The position numbers and the translations under genes were made by a program. A stretch of 11,363 nucleotides of DNA, taken from the NCBI GenBank assembly GCA_040767085.1, contig JAXGPF010000002.1, positions 1 through 11,363 on the forward strand. Reading direction: 5' to 3'. The first letter of the stretch is position 1. The number at the start of each line of letters is the position of its first letter. Below the pieces are notes generated by a model. That model saw only the letters and a program-made list of their open reading frames with translations, did no database searches and was not told where the DNA came from. Below are positions 1 through 6,069 of the stretch, one piece after another. This DNA is from Kiritimatiellia bacterium. Lineage in GTDB: Bacteria > Verrucomicrobiota > Kiritimatiellia > JAAZAB01.

Positions 1-42
1 CAGCTTTAAGCGGACAAATCATTTGTTAATTATGCGGCCAAG

Positions 43-63
43 TCATTTGTTTACGACAAATGA
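43..63. promoter_or_regulatory. Inverted repeat TCATTTGT-N5-ACAAATGA, candidate GntR-family-like operator
   Basis: Perfect 8-bp arms at 43-50 and 56-63. The same ACAAAT/ATTTGT half-sites form a second palindrome at 14-26. It resembles the AT-rich-GT-Nx-AC-AT-rich layout of GntR-family sites. Confidence 0.45.
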
Positions 64-74
64 TCATAAAAACC

Positions 75-120
75 TTGACCAGGCGGTAGTTTTTCGGGTA
101 AATGTTTCCACTACGGAAAC
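75..120 (+). promoter_or_regulatory. Putative sigma70 promoter of the XRE gene with palindromic operator GTTTCC-ACTAC-GGAAAC
   Basis: TTGACC at 75-80, weak -10 (GTAAAT, 98-103), and a perfect 6-5-6 palindrome at 104-120 immediately downstream. Confidence 0.6.
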
Positions 121-156
121 GATTTGTCAATGGTAAATTTTCAGGGGCATTGCGTC

Positions 157-714
157 ATGCAGAAGGTTGGATCGCGGATCAACGAATTGCGGAAATTGCA
201 GGGCCTGCGCCTGCACACGCTGGCGGCCAAGGCCGGGCTGACCAAGGGGTATCTGTCGAAAATCACCCGCGCCGCCGAGCCGCCGCCGTTTTCCACGCTG
301 CAGAAAATCGCCGCGGCGCTGGAGGTGGATGTCAACGACTTGCTGTCATTCGGCCAGGCCGAATCCGGCGCGCGCAATATTGATTTCCTCTCCCCCGTGG
401 CCAAAAGGCAGGCGCCGTTCCGGTCGGACGGCATTTGCAGTTTCAAGCCGCTGTTAAAGAGCTACCGCAACAAGCAGATGTCGCCGTTTTTCATGAGCAT
501 CCAGCCCGGCAAGACGCAGGTTTTCAAGCATGACGCCGAGGAATTCGTTTACCTGATTGCCGGCGAAATCACCCTGCATTACGATGGGCGCGATTATCAT
601 TTCAAGACCGGCGACAGTTTTTACCTCGATTCGCGCCTGGGCCATTCCTTCACCAATGCCGGCCGGGAAGACGCGCACCTGCTGGCGGTGGATTATAATT
701 ACCGCCGGTTTTAA
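157..714 (+). CDS. XRE-family HTH transcriptional regulator with C-terminal cupin domain (PuuR-like architecture)
   Basis: N-terminal HTH (INELRKLQGLRLHTLAAKAGLTKGYLSKI...TLQKIAAALEV) and cupin motifs (KHDAEEFVYLIAGEI; GDSFYLDSRLGHSFTN). ATG at 157 with AGGGG RBS at 143-147 is preferred over the TTG at 124; 185 aa. Confidence 0.92.
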   Translation: MQKVGSRINELRKLQGLRLHTLAAKAGLTKGYLSKITRAAEPPPFSTLQKIAAALEVDVNDLLSFGQAESGARNIDFLSPVAKRQAPFRSDGICSFKPLLKSYRNKQMSPFFMSIQPGKTQVFKHDAEEFVYLIAGEITLHYDGRDYHFKTGDSFYLDSRLGHSFTNAGREDAHLLAVDYNYRRF

Positions 715-722
715 TGAAAATA

Positions 723-768
723 TTGACGGCCATGGCGGAGCCGTGATGATCGTTTCGTTAAATGAAAC
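723..768 (+). promoter_or_regulatory. Second putative promoter/operator (TTGACG ... GTTTC-N7-GAAAC)
   Basis: TTGACG at 723-728, GATGAT at 745-750, GTTTC-GTTAAAT-GAAAC at 752-768. The -35-to-operator gap is 23 nt, the same as at 75-120. Confidence 0.6.
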
Positions 769-864
769 ATGCAGCTGTTAGGATGGGTTGAGTATTAAAG
801 ATATTGTGCCCGCGCGCGGTGAAAACTGGAAACAAATGGTGAATGCCTGACAAAGTTCAAGACG

Positions 865-952
865 GATGGTTTGATGGTTTTAAGGTGTTAAGGTGTTAGG
901 GTTTTAGGGTGTTAGGGTGTTAGGGTGTTAAGGTTTTAGGGTGTTAGGGTGT
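865..952 (+). repeat. Octamer tandem repeat: 2x GATGGTTT + 9x TA(A/G)GGT(G/T)T
   Basis: Read directly as 11 in-phase 8-bp units. Six units give TTAGGG; G3-N5-G3-N5-G3-N5-G3 pattern at 899-925. Confidence 0.97.
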
Positions 953-1004
953 TTTGCCGGAACAGATTCCAACGAACACGGAACGCTTTTTTAATGAGTC
1001 ATCC

Positions 1005-1058
1005 ATGTCTGAAAAAAATACTGGAAAATTGGCTTTGAACGGCGGCGCGCCCGTCCGC
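1005..1058 (+). pseudogene. 5' remnant of a DegT/DnrJ/EryC1/StrS-type aminotransferase
   Basis: MSEKNTGKLALNGGAPVR matches the KLA(I/L)xGGxPVR N-terminal leader typical of this family. Resemblance stops after 18 codons and the frame ends at 1148. Confidence 0.55.
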
Positions 1059-1189
1059 GCTATCCTTTCCGCAAGGATGCCACATACGGCGCAGGCGAAT
1101 AGGGGGGGAAGGGGCAGACTGGCAGAAGGATGGCATTCGCGGTCATAATTATCTTTGAATTCAAATCGGTGTGCTGGAGGGAGGATTAA

Positions 1190-3173
1190 ATGCGATTTTA
1201 TAATGTTATCACGATTGTTCCGGGAAAAGAAAGGGAATGCGTTGCCGACCTGGTGCGGTTAAAAAACGAATGCGGGGTGGATACCTTTGCCGCCATGGCG
1301 CCGTTTCATCCCGAATGCCCGCCGTTGCTGCGTAAGACGGAAGAATGCATGGCGCGTTACCGGGTTGTCCGCGACGCGGTGGCGTCCCATGGCATCCGTG
1401 GCGGCATCCTTGTGCAGAGCCTGATCAACCATGGCGACCGGGCCACGCCGGAGACCAAGGTGCCCTTCACCAAGATCACCGGCGCGGATGGCGCGGTGTG
1501 CGATTACAGTTTCTGCCCGCTCGACCGGGATTTTCAGGATTATGTTCGAAATATCGTTACGCTCATGGCGCGCGAGGCGCCGGAGTTCATCTTGCTGGAC
1601 GATGATTTCCGGATGAGCAATCACTGGCCGGTCAAACAGGGATGCTTTTGCGACTTGCACCTGCGCGCGTTCAACCAAAAATACGGATGCGATCTGACGC
1701 GTGAACAGTTGGCGCTCGCGCTGGCCAATGCCGATGCCGATGCCGCGGCGGAGAAAAGGCGGAATGAGTGGCGCCGAGTGTTGTTGGACGGGCTGGTGGA
1801 GATGTGCCGCGTTGTGCGCCGGGCGATGGATGCCGTCAACCCCGCCATCCGCGGCGGGACTTGCATGCCGGGCAACCAGGCCGCCACCATCGGCGAAATT
1901 GTCCGGGCGCTGGCGGGGCAGGGGCGTCCGCTGGTGCGGGTGAACAATGCCAATTACCTGGAAAGCCATCCGGCCGGTTCGGCTACGGTCTTGTTGCGGG
2001 CCGGCCGGATGAAACGTTATATTCCCGAGGGCGCCGAGGTCATCTCGGAGTCCGACACCTGCCCGCACCATTTGTACAGCATGTCCGCCAATGCCTTGCG
2101 GCATCACCTCGCCGCGTCGCTGCTGGGCGGCGTGGATGGGGCGAAGCTCTGGATCACAGATCTGCGCAACGGCGAAAATGGCGAGGGCGAGAATTATCGG
2201 CGCATGCTGGCGGAATCCCGCGGCTTTTTCCACACGCTTTGCGATTTTACAAAAACCGTGGCATGGCAGGGGCCGTCCGCCGCATACCCGCCGCACTCGG
2301 TCCAATTGCCGTCCGAAACCAGTGCGGACAACCCATTTCATGAAAATGGCTGCGCCTGGGGCAACCTGCTGGTCCGCTTGGGAATTCCCTTTATCGAGGT
2401 GGAAAACTCCGCCGCGCGCCTGTTGGCGGGGGATGCGCCATTGCGCTTCGCGCGCGCGGACTTGGAGTCGTTTTTCAAGGGCGGGCTGATGCTGGACGGT
2501 GCGGCGGCGAAATTCCTATGCGACATGGGATTTGTGGAATATATGGGCGTCAGGGTGGAGAATGCCGCACTCCGCTATTCCCATGAGATTCTTGATCCGG
2601 CCGACTCGCTGAATGGCGCGGCGGGTGGAATGTATTTGTCGGCGGCGCATCGCTTCGAGCAGAAACGCCTGACCCCGTTAGCGACCGGCCGTCCGGATTC
2701 CATCCCGTTACGTGGCCCAACCCTGGTTCCAGGCCGACCGGGAAGAGACGGTGGCACCCGCCGTGACGGCCTATGCGAACGCACAAGGCGGGCGCGTGGT
2801 GGTCTTTGCGCAGCCGTTGGGGAAGGATAATGGCGCTTTTCTCAATCCGAGGCGGCGCGCGCAGATGGCGGGGCTGGTGGATTGGGTCTGCGGTGCGCCG
2901 CAGCCGCATGCGCTCCATGCCCAATCCTGTGCCATGCTGCATGGCGCGGTCCGGGGCGCCAGCGAGCGTGTTATCGTTTTTATCAACTATTGTCCGGATT
3001 CGATCAATCCGGTAATGCTTCGCATTCCGGATGCCGGGCGCCTGGCGGAAATCAGGCAATTGGGGAATGACGGGAACTGGCGTGCCGTCAACTTTGACAT
3101 TGTCAACATTGATCAGGTGCGTTTGCAGGTTGTGGCGGGAATGCGGGATGTTGTTGTTTTGCGGATGATTTGA
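1190..3173 (+). pseudogene. Frameshifted glycoside-hydrolase-like protein (TIM-barrel-like N-terminus, GH42-trimerisation/GATase-like C-terminus), ~660 aa if repaired
   Basis: Strong RBS GGAGGGAGGA at 1176-1185. Motifs FCPLDRDF, FILLDDDFR and GCFCDLHL. ORF 1190-2830 loses protein-like character after about 2690, while the +1 frame (open 2682-3173) continues VRIPSRYVAQPWF...APAVTAYANAQGGRVVVF. Could be a true pseudogene or a sequencing error. Confidence 0.7.
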
Positions 3174-3197
3174 TTTTTACAACTTAAGTAGCGCAGC

Positions 3198-3226
3198 AGC
3201 ATATGCGGCAAATCCAGGCATGTCAA
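3198..3226 (-). promoter_or_regulatory. Sigma70-like promoter on the minus strand (TTGACA-N17-TATGCT)
   Basis: Plus-strand TGTCAA at 3221-3226 and AGCATA at 3198-3203, separated by exactly 17 nt. Confidence 0.5.
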
Positions 3227-3270
3227 CGGAACCAAAAAACCGGGTTAAAAGGATAATAGAGGATGCAAAT

Positions 3271-4659
3271 ATGGTAAATCACATGCTGCAGGCCGGGGCG
3301 GTAAAAGTGGATATAACACCGGGGATGGGAGTGCAGATTGGCGGCGATATCGGACGGTATCGGCCGGTGGAAGAAATCCGCGACCGCCTGTTTGCGCGCA
3401 TAATCATCCTGCGCTCCGGGCAACAAGTTGCCTGTATCATGGCCTGCGATCTGGATTGCATCAACCTGGACATCGCCTTGGTCCTCCGCCGGCAGATCGC
3501 CCGGCGCATCGGCGCGCGCCCGGGCGCCGTCATGATCCATTGCAGCCAGTGCCATTCTGCGCCGCGGGTGGGGGCGTTCCTTAATGATTATGGGCGCCAT
3601 CTGACCGGCGCCCTGCGCTGGGTGCGCGGCGATTCGCCGGCGTATAACGATTATTTTTACCGGCAGGTGCTGGCCGGCGCCGAGGCGGCCATGCGGCGGC
3701 TGGCGCCGGCGAAGATGAAAATTGCCCGGGCGATTGACCGGCGCTGTGCTTTTAACCGGCGTTTCATCATGCGCGACGGGACCAGCCGGATGCATCCCCG
3801 GCAGTGCGATGAAAACATCCTGTGCGCCGAAGGAGCGGTGGATTCGGAAGCATCGCTGCTGCTTTTCGAGGGGCCCGGCGCCCGGCCCCTGGCCGGCTTG
3901 CTGCATCATACCTGCCATCCCATCCACGGATATCCGCGGCGCTATATTTCGGCGGACTGGCCGGGCTTGTGGAGCGAGGCGGTTGCCGGCATAATCGGCG
4001 GGAAGTGTGTGATCGGATGTCTCAACGGCGCATGCGGCAATATCAGCCCAAGCGATCATGCCAATCCTGATTTCAATCCGGCGTCCAGCCTGGAATGCAT
4101 GCTGAAAAATTTGACGCAGACGGGCGAAAAGCTTGTCCGTAATTTGCAGCCGGCGGATGCCCTGCCATTGCGCGTGGGACGCTGCGTCATCAAAATCCCA
4201 TGGAAACGGCCCGCGCGCGCCGTATTGGCCAAGGCGGCCAAGCTGCTGAAAGAACATCCCGCGCCGGTGTATTTGGATAATGCACACGAACGCATTGCCT
4301 GGGACTGGGTGCTGGCCATCCGGGATTTGGACAAAATGCGGATCATCCAGCGCAATCCGGATTACGCCTACGAAATTCAGGCCATACGGATCGGCGATGC
4401 CGTGGCGGTCGGCTGGCCGGGCGAGCCGTTTGTCGAGGCGCAACTGGAAGTGAAACTGAAATCGCGCGCGAAATATGTGCTGGTAGGCCATGAGAGCAAC
4501 GCCGGGGATTGCGGGTATCTGCCGACTTTAGCGGCAATCCGCCGGGGCGGGTACGAGGTGGATATCGGCCGGAAACTGGCGCCTCACGCCTTGCAGACGG
4601 TAACCAATGCGACGGTTGAACTGATCGGCCGGTTGTTAGCGCCTGGCCCCAAAAACTAA
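3271..4659 (+). CDS. Neutral/alkaline non-lysosomal ceramidase-family hydrolase (substrate unknown)
   Basis: AGAVKVDITP N-terminus, RDRLFARIIIL, HCSQCHSAP, FNRR, HHTCHP, ISADWPG, NGACGNISP, PGEPF, GYLPT and GGYE motifs. The ORF opens at 3220, but ATG 3271 has an AGAGGA RBS at 3258-3263. Confidence 0.85.
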   Translation: MVNHMLQAGAVKVDITPGMGVQIGGDIGRYRPVEEIRDRLFARIIILRSGQQVACIMACDLDCINLDIALVLRRQIARRIGARPGAVMIHCSQCHSAPRVGAFLNDYGRHLTGALRWVRGDSPAYNDYFYRQVLAGAEAAMRRLAPAKMKIARAIDRRCAFNRRFIMRDGTSRMHPRQCDENILCAEGAVDSEASLLLFEGPGARPLAGLLHHTCHPIHGYPRRYISADWPGLWSEAVAGIIGGKCVIGCLNGACGNISPSDHANPDFNPASSLECMLKNLTQTGEKLVRNLQPADALPLRVGRCVIKIPWKRPARAVLAKAAKLLKEHPAPVYLDNAHERIAWDWVLAIRDLDKMRIIQRNPDYAYEIQAIRIGDAVAVGWPGEPFVEAQLEVKLKSRAKYVLVGHESNAGDCGYLPTLAAIRRGGYEVDIGRKLAPHALQTVTNATVELIGRLLAPGPKN

Positions 4660-4784
4660 ACCAATAAATTGTCCGGTTGTCCTGAATTAGCGGGGAGTAT
4701 TTATCCGCTTCCGCGAATTCGCGTCGGCTCCGGGAAGAATATGTTCGCCGTCGTAAAACCACGGGCAGGATCGAAGGGAAGACG

Positions 4785-4928
4785 ATGAATTATATAAACA
4801 ACATGCTGGAAGCGATTGGCAATACGCCGCTTCTGAAGTTGAACAAGATCGGCAAGGATGTGCCGGCGAATGTGTTTGTCAAACCGGAATATCTCAATCC
4901 GAGCGGCAGTTACAAGGGCCGCATGGCG
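4785..4928 (+). pseudogene. 5' remnant of a cysteine synthase/cystathionine beta-synthase-family PLP enzyme
   Basis: IGNTPLLKL...[17 protein letters not shown] corresponds to the family motif K(L/C)ExxNPxGSxKDR around the PLP lysine, with two degenerate positions. Only 48 codons are family-like. RBS-like AAGGGA upstream. Confidence 0.88.
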
Positions 4929-5065
4929 CCAATCCCGGCGAACTGGCGCGGCTGGTGGAAGCCGGCTACCCGCCCATTCAGGCCTTGCAGGCGGCTACCA
5001 GTATTGCGGCACGGACGCTTGGGCTGGAGAACGATCTGGGCACGATTGCGCCGGGCAAAATCGCC
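4919..5065 (+). pseudogene. 3' fragment of a metal-dependent amidohydrolase (imidazolonepropionase/Xaa-Pro dipeptidase-like)
   Basis: A frame missing from the ORF track reads [49 protein letters not shown], the typical C-terminal signature (HGxN...AG.tp.eAl.AAT..aA..LG....GtI.pGK.AD). It has no start codon and stops at 5120-5122. Confidence 0.85.
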
Positions 5066-5204
5066 GCCGTCCTTTTCGAACCGAATTCAAACCACAACGG
5101 TGGAGATGAAGTAGAACATTAATTGGGCAGTGCCCGCCAAAGCCTTGGCGACGGCGGATTACGGGCTTGTGCCCGCCTTGGGAATGGAGCGCCGTGTTGA
5201 AATC

Positions 5205-5996
5205 ATGAGTAAATTATTGGCCGGTAAGAAGGCACTGGTCACCGGGGCGTCCAGCGGCATCGGCAAGGGCATCGCCCGGGTCTGCGCCCGGGAGGGCGCG
5301 GACGTGGTGTTCACCTACCGCGGGAACCAGGCCGGGGCGGATGCGACCCTGGCGGAACTCCAGGCCTTTGGCACGCGCTGTCAGGCATTGCGCGCGGACA
5401 TCAGCCGTGTGGCCGATATTGACGCCATGCTGGCCGGCGCCGTTGAATTCCTGGGCGGGCTGGATGCCCTGGTCGCCAACGCCGGGATCACCAGCAAGTA
5501 TTTATTCCTGGATATCTCCGAGGCGCAATATGACGAATTGTTCGCCATCAATTGCAAAGGGACATTTTTTTCCGCGCAACGCGCGGCGCGTTACATGAAG
5601 GATCACGGCGGCGGCAGCATTGTAAATATTTCCTCATTGTCAACCCGCGCCTCGACGGAGGGATTTGCCGCCTACGCGGCCACCAAGGCGGCGGTCAACA
5701 AATTCACCGAGACCGCGGCGATTGAACTGGCGCCGGATAAAATCCGCGTCAATGCCGTCGCCGCCGGCTGGGTGCCGGTGGAAAGTGAAAAGCCCAAGCT
5801 GGCGGAATACATCAAGCGCGCCATGTATCACCTGCCGGTGGGGCGGTTCGGCACGCCGGACGATATAGGTGAAATCTGCGCGTTTCTGTCGTCCGACCGC
5901 GCCGGATTCATCACCGGCCAGACCTTTTACGTGGATGGCGGCGAGACCTGCCTGCTCTCGATCCCGTCGCGGGTCAGGGATCAAAGGCTGGCGTAG
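5205..5996 (+). CDS. Classical SDR-family NAD(P)-dependent oxidoreductase (FabG/glucose-1-dehydrogenase-like)
   Basis: TGASSGIG Rossmann motif, ANAG, NISS, YAATK catalytic motif, IRVNAVAAG and ITGQTFYVDGG. ATG 5205 is preferred over GTG 5130; 263 aa. Confidence 0.95.
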   Translation: MSKLLAGKKALVTGASSGIGKGIARVCAREGADVVFTYRGNQAGADATLAELQAFGTRCQALRADISRVADIDAMLAGAVEFLGGLDALVANAGITSKYLFLDISEAQYDELFAINCKGTFFSAQRAARYMKDHGGGSIVNISSLSTRASTEGFAAYAATKAAVNKFTETAAIELAPDKIRVNAVAAGWVPVESEKPKLAEYIKRAMYHLPVGRFGTPDDIGEICAFLSSDRAGFITGQTFYVDGGETCLLSIPSRVRDQRLA

Positions 5997-6069
5997 GTGT
6001 TTTGATCTCTTGCGCATCAATCCAAGCCGATAGCATCCCATAGACAACCGCTTGATTATCTCAAAACAT

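Noticed and set aside
714..746. Mini-ORF MKILTAMAEP overlapping the XRE stop codon (TAATG)
   Set aside because: Ten codons is too short to assign, and the sequence is better explained as the promoter at 723-750.
865..952. CRISPR array or true telomere
   Set aside because: The units are contiguous 8-mers without spacers, no cas genes are present, and the array is internal to a bacterial gene cluster.
1102..1114. G7 tract (GGGGGGGAAGGGG) as a phase-variation switch
   Set aside because: The tract is short and lies neither in a credible gene nor in a recognisable promoter spacer.
1259..2341. 360-aa minus-strand ORF
   Set aside because: Antisense shadow of the GH-like gene, expected at high GC; no recognisable motifs.
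3223..4491. 422-aa minus-strand ORF
   Set aside because: Antisense shadow of the ceramidase-family gene; no motifs.
4712..4723. Exact match to the Dickerson-Drew dodecamer CGCGAATTCGCG, suggesting a synthetic linker
   Set aside because: Single occurrence with no vector context; most likely coincidence.
4785..5114. 109-aa ORF as a functional cysteine synthase
   Set aside because: Only the first 48 codons are family-like; the rest is out-of-frame amidohydrolase sequence.
5998..6068. TGTTTTGA...TCAAAACA inverted ends as a MITE
   Set aside because: Arms are only 8 bp, with no target-site duplication and no second copy in the window.
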